From an uncultured Pelagibacteraceae bacterium (lineage in GTDB: Bacteria > Pseudomonadota > Alphaproteobacteria > Pelagibacterales > Pelagibacteraceae), in assembly GCA_902573585.1 (NCBI GenBank), contig CACGKH010000001.1:8228-72227 (forward strand): DNA of 64,000 nucleotides, in the 5' to 3' direction. Positions 1-9,000 of the stretch are shown here, one piece after another (positions within the stretch are counted from its first letter, which is position 1; every line of letters starts with the position of its first letter). A model generated the notes under the pieces. The model was not told where the DNA came from and made no database searches. It saw nothing but the letters and a program-made list of their open reading frames with translations. A program made the translations under genes and the position numbers.

Positions 1-387
1 CTCTTCATTCAAAGGATTACCCGCATGGGCTTTAACCCAATTCCATTTAATTTTAAACGATTGATTAAGATTATATAGTTCAAGCCATAAATCTTTATTT
101 TTTACATCCTCTTTCTTTGAAGTTTTCCAATTATTTTTAATCCAAGTATTTATCCACTCAGTTATTCCAAGTTTCACATATTGGGAATCTGTATAAATTT
201 CTATTTCATCTGTAGGATTTATATTTTTTAAAGCATTGATAGGAGCCATCAACTCCATTCTATTATTTGTAGTATTTTTTTCATTACCACTAATTTTTTT
301 AGTATTTCCATTATTATTTATAATAGCTGCCCAACCGCCATTCCCCGGATTTTCTAAACATGAGCCATCAGTATAAATTTTAATCAT
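1..387 (-). CDS. rnhA: Ribonuclease HI (3' end runs off the window)
   Basis: Not in the ORF track. Manual translation from the ATG at 387 gives MIKIYTDGSCLENPGNGGWAAI...TTNNRMELMA...YTDSQY...WVKAHAG, which are RNase HI motifs. The start overlaps the thrB stop (TAATG). Confidence 0.93.
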   Translation of the reverse strand, partial: MIKIYTDGSCLENPGNGGWAAIINNNGNTKKISGNEKNTTNNRMELMAPINALKNINPTDEIEIYTDSQYVKLGITEWINTWIKNNWKTSKKEDVKNKDLWLELYNLNQSFKIKWNWVKAHAGNPLNEE

Positions 388-1352
388 TACTTTAAATAAT
401 CTTTATAAGACTTTAAATTATTGTGTATTACAAGTTTCTGGTAATATTCTCTAGGATCTTTGATTTTAATAAATGCCGTTTTTGGAGTATTTGTGTAATC
501 GTAAAGTCTAGTTAAAAAATACCTCATTGCTGCACCACGACATAAAATATTTAAAGATTTTTTTTCTTTAATTGAAATTTTTTTAATACTTTCGTACCCT
601 TTTATTAAATTCTTTACTTTATTTTTATTAATTAAAAATTTTGAATTTTTTTTATCAAAACATAGCGCATTTACACAAATGGCAATTTCATACATAAAGT
701 AGTCATTAGCAGCAAAGTAAAAATCAATTATACCTGATAATTTGTTATTTTTAAAAAAAATATTATCTATAAATAAATCACCATGAATTATTCCATTAGG
801 TAATCCTTTTGGCCACTTATTTTTTATATCCTTAAAATTATTTTTTAAAAATTTTTCTATATTTGTAAATTTTTTTGATTTAAATTTGATGCTGTTAAAT
901 AATGGATTTAGATTTTTAATACCCATAGAATTTTTTCTATAAAGTTTAATTTTTTTTGATGATAAATGTATTTGTGCAACTGTTTTTCCTATATTAAAAC
1001 AATTTTTTAAACTCAGTTTTTTTTTATCTTTTCCATCTAGAAAAGAAACTATACAAGCTGTTTTATTTTTTATTCTGATTAGATAATTTCCACTTTTATT
1101 TTTGAGAGGTTTTGGGCAATTAATTTTAAGATTGTTTAGGTGGTCCATTAATTTCATAAAAAATGGAATCTCTTTTTGAGAAACCCTTTTTTCAAAAATT
1201 GTAAGTATAAATTTTTTATTTCTTGATTTTAATAAATAATTTGTATTTTCGATACCTTGTTTGATACCTTTAAAGTTAATAATTTTTTCTACTTCAAATT
1301 TCTTATTAATATACGAAACTTCTTTTTTACTTATTTTTGTATAAACAGCCAT
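387..1352 (-). CDS. thrB: Homoserine kinase type II (APH-like)
   Basis: MAVYT N-terminus, GIENTNY, IIHGDLFIDN and IIDFYFA motifs; ispH-thrB-rnhA order typical of alphaproteobacteria. Confidence 0.93.
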   Translation of the reverse strand: MAVYTKISKKEVSYINKKFEVEKIINFKGIKQGIENTNYLLKSRNKKFILTIFEKRVSQKEIPFFMKLMDHLNNLKINCPKPLKNKSGNYLIRIKNKTACIVSFLDGKDKKKLSLKNCFNIGKTVAQIHLSSKKIKLYRKNSMGIKNLNPLFNSIKFKSKKFTNIEKFLKNNFKDIKNKWPKGLPNGIIHGDLFIDNIFFKNNKLSGIIDFYFAANDYFMYEIAICVNALCFDKKNSKFLINKNKVKNLIKGYESIKKISIKEKKSLNILCRGAAMRYFLTRLYDYTNTPKTAFIKIKDPREYYQKLVIHNNLKSYKDYLK

Positions 1353-1353
1353 T

Positions 1354-2304
1354 TTAATTTAATTTTTTTGGAACTTTGAAAACTACGTTTTCTTTGATGA
1401 TTTCTACTTCATCTATACTAACTGTAAATCTATTTTTTAATTCATTTATAAAATTATCAACCAAGATTTCAGGAGCTGATGCTCCTGAGGAAATACCAAT
1501 TGTATTTGAATTTTCTATTAAATCGAACGGAATTTTACTTTGTGAATGGATTAATTGGGAATTTAAACATCCAGATTTTTTGGCAACCTCTACTAATCTG
1601 ACAGAGTTAGATGAATTTCTACTACCAATTACAAAAAATAAATCACATTCTTTCGCTATATTTTTAACTGCCATCTGTCTGTTAGTTGTGGCGTAACAAA
1701 TATCCTCTTTTGCAGGCTCTCTGATATTAGGAAATCTATCTTTTAATATTTTGATTATGTCCTTTGTATCATCAACAGACAATGTAGTTTGAGTTACATA
1801 AGAAATTTTTTTATTCTCAGTGTTATATTTTTTTGCTTCATCTTCATTTTGTATAAGATCAATAGATCCTTTAGGTAATTGACCCATTGTACCAATAACT
1901 TCAGGATGATTTTGATGTCCAATTAAAATTAAATGATAACCCGCTCTATGCAGATTCTCAGCTTCTCTATGTACCTTTGAAACCAAAGGACATGTAGCAT
2001 CAACATAAGTCATATTATAATCTTTTGCATCTTCTGGTATTTTCTTTGGAACACCATGAGCTGAAAAAATTACTGGTCTTGTTTTATCTTTTATCTCCTC
2101 AAGCTCTTCCACAAAGATAGCTCCTTTGCTTTTTAGATCATCAACTACAAATTTGTTATGAACTATTTCATGACGAACATAAACTGGAGCACCATATTTC
2201 TGTATCGATTTTTCAACAATTTCTATAGCTCTTTCTACACCAGCACAAAAACCCCTAGGGGCAGATAATAATATTTTTAATTCCTTATTTTTCATTTTTT
2301 TCAA
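1354..2304 (-). CDS. ispH: 4-hydroxy-3-methylbut-2-enyl diphosphate reductase
   Basis: PRGFCAGV, DATCPLVSKVH, DICYATTNRQ and SSNS motifs. The true start may be the second Met (~2295). Confidence 0.97.
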   Translation of the reverse strand: MKKMKNKELKILLSAPRGFCAGVERAIEIVEKSIQKYGAPVYVRHEIVHNKFVVDDLKSKGAIFVEELEEIKDKTRPVIFSAHGVPKKIPEDAKDYNMTYVDATCPLVSKVHREAENLHRAGYHLILIGHQNHPEVIGTMGQLPKGSIDLIQNEDEAKKYNTENKKISYVTQTTLSVDDTKDIIKILKDRFPNIREPAKEDICYATTNRQMAVKNIAKECDLFFVIGSRNSSNSVRLVEVAKKSGCLNSQLIHSQSKIPFDLIENSNTIGISSGASAPEILVDNFINELKNRFTVSIDEVEIIKENVVFKVPKKLN

Positions 2305-3220
2305 TTAAATATTCGAGCAATATATGTGGAAAGGTTAAAGACGCCAAACCTATAAATATAATTTTAAGAATTGAGCTATCAAAATTGTAAGTATTGTTTA
2401 ATAAAAAAAGCCCCAAGAAACTTATAGTAGCAGTGAGAATTGTTAGAGGTAAAGCTTTTTTTGCAAAGACTTTAAATCCATTAATTATATCATTTTTGTT
2501 TAATTCTGACATTAACGAAATACTGTGTCTTATAGAATGTAAAAAACAGAAATAAACTGTAAATGCTATCAAGGGAGAAAAATAATAATTTATTATCAGA
2601 ATTGAAAAATAATCAAAAAAAATTGTGAATTTTTTCATTTCAAAATTTTTGGTAAATAATAAAATACTTGATATGGTCGATAGAATAATACAGTAAAACA
2701 AAATTTTATTTGTTTCTAATAAATTTAAGAAATTGTAAAAAGACTCATTATCAACTAGTAATAATTTAAATACAGATACCGTCTCATCAAAATGAAAGTA
2801 CATTGGTGCAAAAATAATCAACGAACCTTTTAAAAAAAATAATAATTGATTGTAATATGAATTTTTAATTATCAAAAATTGAGTGTCTTCTTTGCCAAAA
2901 TGATATGAGGCAACTATCAAAAAAATTATCAAAGAAATCGAAGGTACAATTACCCATAGAATTATTACAATTAGAGATATTAAAATGTATGACAAATAAA
3001 AAATAATAAAATTATCAATTCCAAAAATTTGGAAGAGTTTTCTTCCTTTTAAATTGTCAAGAGAACCATGAGAAACACCAATACTTAAAATTAAGAATAA
3101 ACAAATTAATGGAGAAATTGTAAAAGAAGTAATTTTTAGCGTTATTAAAGAAAAAATATTACAAAACAAAAAAAAGATAAAAGAATGTTTTAAATTTATT
3201 TTTTTAATCTGGTTATTCAT
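2285..3220 (-). CDS. blh: Beta-carotene 15,15'-dioxygenase (Brp/Blh family)
   Basis: Membrane protein with GVSHGSLD, YHFG, FCFLHSIRH and LTFPH histidine motifs; adjacent to crtY. Confidence 0.93.
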   Translation of the reverse strand: MNNQIKKINLKHSFIFFLFCNIFSLITLKITSFTISPLICLFLILSIGVSHGSLDNLKGRKLFQIFGIDNFIIFYLSYILISLIVIILWVIVPSISLIIFLIVASYHFGKEDTQFLIIKNSYYNQLLFFLKGSLIIFAPMYFHFDETVSVFKLLLVDNESFYNFLNLLETNKILFYCIILSTISSILLFTKNFEMKKFTIFFDYFSILIINYYFSPLIAFTVYFCFLHSIRHSISLMSELNKNDIINGFKVFAKKALPLTILTATISFLGLFLLNNTYNFDSSILKIIFIGLASLTFPHILLEYLIEKNEK

Positions 3221-3232
3221 TTTTCTATATAA

Positions 3233-4300
3233 CTAATAAAATAAAGCTTTAATAAAAGTTATTTTAGGCATTTTAAATATAATAGACAAATCCTCAAAAA
3301 AATTACTTTTGTTGGACAAAAATTTTATAACAGTCTTTGGTGAACTCTTAAACATTTTAAAAAAAATATCAGGCATCATTTCAGGATGTTTTTCAAGAAC
3401 TCTCAAAAATATATCATCTAAGAATTGATATTTTTTACTTATTTCAAATTTTTTTGTTTTAGAAATATTTTCAATATTTTTACATATATATTTACTATGT
3501 TCTTGAATATTTAGAAAAGTATAGCCTGTACTTAATCTAGTCATACCTCCAGCAGTTCCAATATTTATTTTATTTTTTTCTATTTTGTGTGATGGGTAGA
3601 ATAGAGGTATTGCTCCTTCCTCTTTATAAATTATTTTATAATTTTTTAGATTTAAATGATTTTCAATATAATCTTTTATCTGGGCGTCGTAATCTTTCTT
3701 AGAACCATCATTCATTTTTGATAACCAAGTAGTTTCTATTAAAGCCGAAGTTTTTGAATAGGGTAGTGTATAAAAAAAATGAACACTTTCTCTTTGGTCA
3801 CAGTCAAAATCCATAAGATTAAAAATTTCATCATCAAAAAAATTATTTTGAGTTTCGATTTCTACACCACAAAAATGTTGCCAAAGATTACGATGATCTT
3901 TTTTAATTGATGGAACACTATTAAAAACAAAAGAATTTTTTGAATTAATTTCACTTATATTTTTAAAGAATGAAATATTTTTATTCTCTTTTAATTTGTT
4001 ATTAATTTTTTCATAAAACAATCCACTATCAACACTTTGATATGGATAACTGGTACATTGTATATATTTAGTGTTTTTTGAAATATTTACTGTGAAATTC
4101 TCCCAACTTTTCTTTACACAATCATCAAAATTATGATTTGTTACTTTCCAAAAAGACCAGGTTTTATCTTTTTTATATTCTGTTCTAGGTTCAATAATAG
4201 CTAAAGTTTTGTCTTTTAATTTTTCATTGATTTCGAGTTCATATGCAAGTGATAATCCTGCACAACCTCCTCCAATAATAATATAATCAAATTCTTTCAT
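3233..4300 (-). CDS. crtY: Lycopene beta-cyclase
   Basis: GGGCAGLSLA FAD-binding motif, KTWSFW, LMDF, E-G-IP and STGYTF; located in the carotenoid cluster. Confidence 0.9.
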   Translation of the reverse strand: MKEFDYIIIGGGCAGLSLAYELEINEKLKDKTLAIIEPRTEYKKDKTWSFWKVTNHNFDDCVKKSWENFTVNISKNTKYIQCTSYPYQSVDSGLFYEKINNKLKENKNISFFKNISEINSKNSFVFNSVPSIKKDHRNLWQHFCGVEIETQNNFFDDEIFNLMDFDCDQRESVHFFYTLPYSKTSALIETTWLSKMNDGSKKDYDAQIKDYIENHLNLKNYKIIYKEEGAIPLFYPSHKIEKNKINIGTAGGMTRLSTGYTFLNIQEHSKYICKNIENISKTKKFEISKKYQFLDDIFLRVLEKHPEMMPDIFFKMFKSSPKTVIKFLSNKSNFFEDLSIIFKMPKITFIKALFY

Positions 4301-5138
4301 CTAAATTTATTTGCTCATTAATCAAATTATGATCATGTTTTATTTGATCATCTTTTCTATTAATCAATAATAGTTTAATTAAGTCAAAAATAGAGAGAAA
4401 AGTCTCTAAGATCTTTTCTATATTTGATACATATATTTTCCCAGAATTTTGATAATTCTTTAAGTTTTTTTTGTTAAGAATTTTATGTCCTATTTTTCGA
4501 TAAACTCTTCTTGCAACTAAAATAGAAAAACGGAAATTTATTGGTATATCTTTAATTGAGTAAAACGAATTTTCATAAAAACTATGAGCAAGATTAATAG
4601 TTGATGAAATTTCATCAAAATTTTCATTTATATAAAAACGATTATTTTTTGAATCCTCAATTACATCTCTTGATATATTAGTAAGTTGCATTGCAATTCC
4701 GAGGTCAATAGCTGATTTTAGTGAACTTTTTTTATTAACTTTTAAAATTTTTGCCATCATCAATCCAACAGTTCCAGCTACTCTGTATGAATAAATCAAC
4801 AGATCTTTTTTTGAGTTTAATTTAACTTTATCTTTGATATCTGATCTGATACCCGTCAATAAATCTTGAACAATTTTCAAAGATATATTGAATTCTTCAA
4901 TAAGACTCCACATATTTTTGATAATAGGATTATTAAAGTTTTTTTGATTGAAATCATTTTCAAATTGATAAAATTTTTTTTCTTTATTTTTTATATTTTC
5001 ATTATCATCTGCAATGTTGTCTGCGATCCTACAAAAATCATACAAAGCTGAACATTTTTTAAAAGTTTCTTTAGGTAAAAAAAAACCTGCCCAACTGAAT
5101 GACTTAGCATAAATAGATAAGTAACTTTTATTAGACAT
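4287..5138 (-). CDS. crtB: Phytoene synthase
   Basis: AKSFSWA, LYDFCRIADNIAD, YSYRVAGTVG and AMQLTNISRDVIED motifs. Confidence 0.95.
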   Translation of the reverse strand: MSNKSYLSIYAKSFSWAGFFLPKETFKKCSALYDFCRIADNIADDNENIKNKEKKFYQFENDFNQKNFNNPIIKNMWSLIEEFNISLKIVQDLLTGIRSDIKDKVKLNSKKDLLIYSYRVAGTVGLMMAKILKVNKKSSLKSAIDLGIAMQLTNISRDVIEDSKNNRFYINENFDEISSTINLAHSFYENSFYSIKDIPINFRFSILVARRVYRKIGHKILNKKNLKNYQNSGKIYVSNIEKILETFLSIFDLIKLLLINRKDDQIKHDHNLINEQINLDERI

Positions 5139-6598
5139 TATAAAATTTTATCTAATACTTTTGCCGACGAAAGGACTCCCGGCACTCCAGCACCTGGATG
5201 AGTACCAGCTCCAACAAAATAAAGTCCATCATATATCTCAGATTTGTTGTGAAATCTAAAATAAGCTGATTGAGAAAATTTTGGTTGAATTGAAAAACCT
5301 GAACCATACTTAGTATTCAAGTCTTTTTCAAAATAATCGGGTGTTAAATAAAAATCTTCAATGATATTTTCTCGTAAATTTGGCATTAAATCTTTTTCCA
5401 TTTTATCTATTACTAAATTTTTCATTTTTCCACCTTCAATCGACCAATTAATTTTAGATTGATTATTTGGTACTGGAACCAAAACATAAAAACAATCTTG
5501 CTCAGCAGGAGCCATGGATTTATCTGTAGCAGATGGTCTGTGAAGATAATAACTTATATCATTATTTAATTTTTTATTTTCAAATATGTCATCAAGATGT
5601 TCCTTATATTTGTTACCGAATTTTATTGTATGATGTTCAATATTTTCATAAGTTTTTTTAGTTCCAAAATAGTAAACAAATAATCCCATAGAATATTCCA
5701 TTCTATTTTTTTTCCACTTAAACATAAATGAATTATCTTTATTTCCATTTAACATTTTTTCATAAACAGCTGGTGGGTCTGCATTGCAAATAACATTATT
5801 TGTTTCAATTTTAGTTTGATCATCTAATTGAATGCCAGTTATTTTATTATCATCAGAAATAATCTTTTTTACTTCATGACCTTTAATTATTTCTATACCA
5901 ACCTCATTCATTAGTTTTTCAAAGCCTTTTATGATATTACCTGTTCCACCCATTGAATAATGTATCCCCCATTTTTTTTCTAAATATAGAATTAATCCGT
6001 AAATAGAAGTTGTGGTGAAAGGGTTCCCACCAACTAAAAGGGGATGCATACTAAACATTCTTCTTAGCTTTTCATTTTTTATATAAGATGAAACTAAAGA
6101 ATAAACTGATTTATAGCTCTTAAGTTTTAATAGAGCGGGCAATTGTTGTATCATTACAAAAGGTTTATCGAATGGAACACTGGCAAGCTCTGTAAATCCT
6201 TTATCAAAAATTTTTTTCGTAAAATTAACTAATTTTTCATAACCTTCGACATCATCTTTATTTATTTCTTCAATTTGTCTTTTCATCTCTGTCTCATCAC
6301 CTGAATAATTAAATTTTGAATTATCTTCAAAAACAAATTGATACCAAATTTTTAATGGAGAAAGCTCAATATAATCTTTTGGATCTTTTTTAAATAATTC
6401 AAATAATTCATTGATTAAATAGGGTGCAGTAATTACTGTAGGGCCACCATCGTAGATAAAACCGTTTTTCCTAAACACTCTAGCTCTGCCACCAAGATCG
6501 GCGTGTTTTTCAATTAATTTAACCTTGTGGCCTTTAGCTTTAAGACGAAGTGCAGCAGCTATACCCCCAAAACCAGAGCCAATTACAACGGAATTCAT
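5138..6598 (-). CDS. crtI: Phytoene desaturase
   Basis: GSGFGGIAAA, DGGPTVIT, LVGGNPF and VGAGTHPGAGVPGV motifs. Confidence 0.96.
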   Translation of the reverse strand: MNSVVIGSGFGGIAAALRLKAKGHKVKLIEKHADLGGRARVFRKNGFIYDGGPTVITAPYLINELFELFKKDPKDYIELSPLKIWYQFVFEDNSKFNYSGDETEMKRQIEEINKDDVEGYEKLVNFTKKIFDKGFTELASVPFDKPFVMIQQLPALLKLKSYKSVYSLVSSYIKNEKLRRMFSMHPLLVGGNPFTTTSIYGLILYLEKKWGIHYSMGGTGNIIKGFEKLMNEVGIEIIKGHEVKKIISDDNKITGIQLDDQTKIETNNVICNADPPAVYEKMLNGNKDNSFMFKWKKNRMEYSMGLFVYYFGTKKTYENIEHHTIKFGNKYKEHLDDIFENKKLNNDISYYLHRPSATDKSMAPAEQDCFYVLVPVPNNQSKINWSIEGGKMKNLVIDKMEKDLMPNLRENIIEDFYLTPDYFEKDLNTKYGSGFSIQPKFSQSAYFRFHNKSEIYDGLYFVGAGTHPGAGVPGVLSSAKVLDKIL

Positions 6599-6637
6599 TA
6601 TTATAATTTATAGCTTTTTAGAAAAATTGTAAGAGTA

Positions 6638-7135
6638 TTATGAATTAATTTTTTTTAACTCTTCTTTAGTTTCATCTAAGTTCTTTCGAAACAGCGTATC
6701 AAGTTTAGATTTATCAACAGATGTAGTGATAATTTTCTTAACAGAATCTACAGCAATTTTAATTGACGCATCTTTGATTTCTTTTAGTGCTGCCTCTTTC
6801 ATTTGGCTTATTTTGTTTTCGGCTAAATTTTTTTTGATTTCAGATGTTTTATGAAATTTATCATTTAAGTCTATTATAAGTTTGTCACTATCTTTTTTAG
6901 CTTGCTCAAGTATTTCGTTACTTACAGATGGAGCAGTATCTAATTTATTTTGTGCTTTATCTAACAATTTCTTAGCCTCTGTCCTTAACTTTTCACTTTC
7001 GTCAATTTCATTTTTGATATCCGAAATTAGCTTATTCAATATTTCATTAATTTTTTGGGGAATTTTTAAATAAATAAGCCCTCCGAAAAATATTACAAAG
7101 GAAACAGCTACCCAAAAAGTTGCATCAATTGTCAT
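6638..7135 (-). CDS. atpF: ATP synthase Fo subunit b
   Basis: MTIDATFWVAVSF transmembrane N-terminus followed by a coiled coil; in the Fo operon. The ORF track extends the start to 7168. Confidence 0.9.
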   Translation of the reverse strand: MTIDATFWVAVSFVIFFGGLIYLKIPQKINEILNKLISDIKNEIDESEKLRTEAKKLLDKAQNKLDTAPSVSNEILEQAKKDSDKLIIDLNDKFHKTSEIKKNLAENKISQMKEAALKEIKDASIKIAVDSVKKIITTSVDKSKLDTLFRKNLDETKEELKKINS

Positions 7136-7718
7136 AATATTTCTCACCATTTTTTTTTGACAAATCATCGACTATTGCCGAAATACTACTACTATTCACA
7201 TCAGCTCCAATAAGTTTTTTTATTAGTTCTGAAGATGTTTCGATTGCAATTCTATTAATTTTTTCTGGAGCATTTTTTTTAAGTTCATAAATTTCTTGTT
7301 CGGCTTTTTTGATTTCCTCATCAATTTGTTTATCTAAAATTTCTTTTTTAGAATTAATATCTTTGAGCACTTTCTCTCTAGCATCTCTAAAAATATTTGT
7401 TGCTTCTAATTTACTTTTTAAAATAACTTCATCATATTCTTTAAGTTTAGAATCGCTATTTTCTCTTTGTTTTTCTGCCGCCTCAATGTTTTCTTGTATT
7501 TGGGATTTTCTCAATTCCAAATTTGCACTTATTTTTGGAAGTATTAGTTTTGATAAAACTACATACAAAATACCAAAAGTAAGCGTAAGCCAGAATATTT
7601 GTGAAATCCAAAACTCAGGATTTAATTGAGGCATACCTCCACTTTCAGCTGCAAAAACTTCTTTAACAAAAAAGAAATTAAAAAATATAGACTGAAAATA
7701 TATTTTTTTAATCATCAA
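7125..7718 (-). CDS. ATP synthase Fo subunit b'
   Basis: GGMPQL...SQIFWL motif typical of alphaproteobacterial b'. Confidence 0.92.
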   Translation of the reverse strand: MMIKKIYFQSIFFNFFFVKEVFAAESGGMPQLNPEFWISQIFWLTLTFGILYVVLSKLILPKISANLELRKSQIQENIEAAEKQRENSDSKLKEYDEVILKSKLEATNIFRDAREKVLKDINSKKEILDKQIDEEIKKAEQEIYELKKNAPEKINRIAIETSSELIKKLIGADVNSSSISAIVDDLSKKNGEKYYDN

Positions 7719-7946
7719 TTAAAATGCGAAAAGAATGATTAACGCAACTACTAATCCAAATAACCCCGTTGCTTCTGCAAGAGCAAATCCCAAAAGCAAA
7801 TTAGGAAATTGTTTTTGTGCAGCAGATGGATTTCTCATTGCTCCTGACAAATAATTTCCAAAAATTATTCCTATACCAACACCGGCACCAGCAAGTGCAA
7901 TTGCCGCTAAACCTGCTCCGATCATTTTTGCTGCTTCTAATTCCAT
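7719..7946 (-). CDS. atpE: ATP synthase Fo subunit c
   Basis: GAGVGIG, RNP loop and FALAEA (proton-binding Glu); the Shine-Dalgarno AGGAGG is upstream. Confidence 0.98.
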   Translation of the reverse strand: MELEAAKMIGAGLAAIALAGAGVGIGIIFGNYLSGAMRNPSAAQKQFPNLLLGFALAEATGLFGLVVALIILFAF

Positions 7947-7964
7947 TATATCCTCCTATGTTAA

Positions 7965-8699
7965 TTAATGGTGTAAGTTTAATGCATCGTTTAAATAAAT
8001 GCATGTTAAAATTGCAAAAACATATGCCTGAAGAAAAGCAACTAAGATCTCCAAACCAGTTAAAGCAACTGAAAAACTCAGTGGAAGCCATCCACCGACT
8101 ATTCCGAGACTTATTACAAAGCCTCCGAAAACTTTCATCATAGTATGACCTGCCATCATGTTTGCAAAAAGCCTGACTGATAAACTTATAGGTCTACTTA
8201 GATATGAAATAATTTCAATAATTACTATTAATGGGAGCAACACGACAGGCACTCCACTCGGTACAAATAATTTTAAATAGCCAAAACCATGCTTCATAAA
8301 TCCTATAATTGTTACACCAATAAAAATAAATGCAGCAAGAATAAATGTTACTATAATATGACTAGTAACTGTAAAAGTGTATGGGATCATACCAAACATA
8401 TTACAAAAAAGCACAAACATAAATAACGAAAAAATAAATGCAAAATAAGGTTTAGCTTTTGAACCAGCTGTGTCACTTATCATTTTTGAGACAAACGTGT
8501 AACTTAGTTCTGCTAATAACTGAATTTTGTTCGGTAACATTGAATTTTTTTTCGAACCAAAGTTAAAAATAATTAAAATAGCTAAAGAACTTACAACCAT
8601 AAACAAACTTGCATTTGTGAATGAAATATCAAAAGCTCCTACTTTTATTTCTGGACCAATTCTGTAAACTTCGAATTGAGTCATCGGATTTGCTGCCAT
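7965..8699 (-). CDS. atpB: ATP synthase Fo subunit a
   Basis: SLSVRLFANMMAGH and LQAYVF motifs. Confidence 0.98.
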   Translation of the reverse strand: MAANPMTQFEVYRIGPEIKVGAFDISFTNASLFMVVSSLAILIIFNFGSKKNSMLPNKIQLLAELSYTFVSKMISDTAGSKAKPYFAFIFSLFMFVLFCNMFGMIPYTFTVTSHIIVTFILAAFIFIGVTIIGFMKHGFGYLKLFVPSGVPVVLLPLIVIIEIISYLSRPISLSVRLFANMMAGHTMMKVFGGFVISLGIVGGWLPLSFSVALTGLEILVAFLQAYVFAILTCIYLNDALNLHH

Positions 8700-8709
8700 A
8701 AGTTTTTAT

Positions 8710-8985
8710 CTATCTTTGCATATTTTTTGCAGATTTAATTACGTTAGTTATTCCAGCAACGACCCCTACAAAAAAAAATATTAAAATTAACCAGGGTTTA
8801 GTACCAAAGGTCTTGTCTAAAATAAACCCAATAATTGTCCCTACAGCAACAGCTGACACTAATTCTGTACTAAGCTTAAAAGCGGTGCCAATTGGAGATG
8901 GATCTTGTTTTTTATTATCAAATTCTCTTTTAGAGACCTTTTTTTTTGCAATCTCTAAGCGAGTTTTGAAAGGATCTTTGGGCAT
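8710..8985 (-). CDS. atpI: ATP synthase protein I (AtpZ/AtpI family)
   Basis: Two TM segments with G-ILD--FGTKPW; first gene of the Fo operon. Confidence 0.85.
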   Translation of the reverse strand: MPKDPFKTRLEIAKKKVSKREFDNKKQDPSPIGTAFKLSTELVSAVAVGTIIGFILDKTFGTKPWLILIFFFVGVVAGITNVIKSAKNMQR

Positions 8986-9000
8986 TCTAAATTAGTTTGG

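Noticed and set aside
6929-6931. Proline inside the AtpF coiled coil (DTAPSVS)
   Set aside because: A single residue, possibly a CAA/CCA variant or error; it cannot be judged without an alignment.
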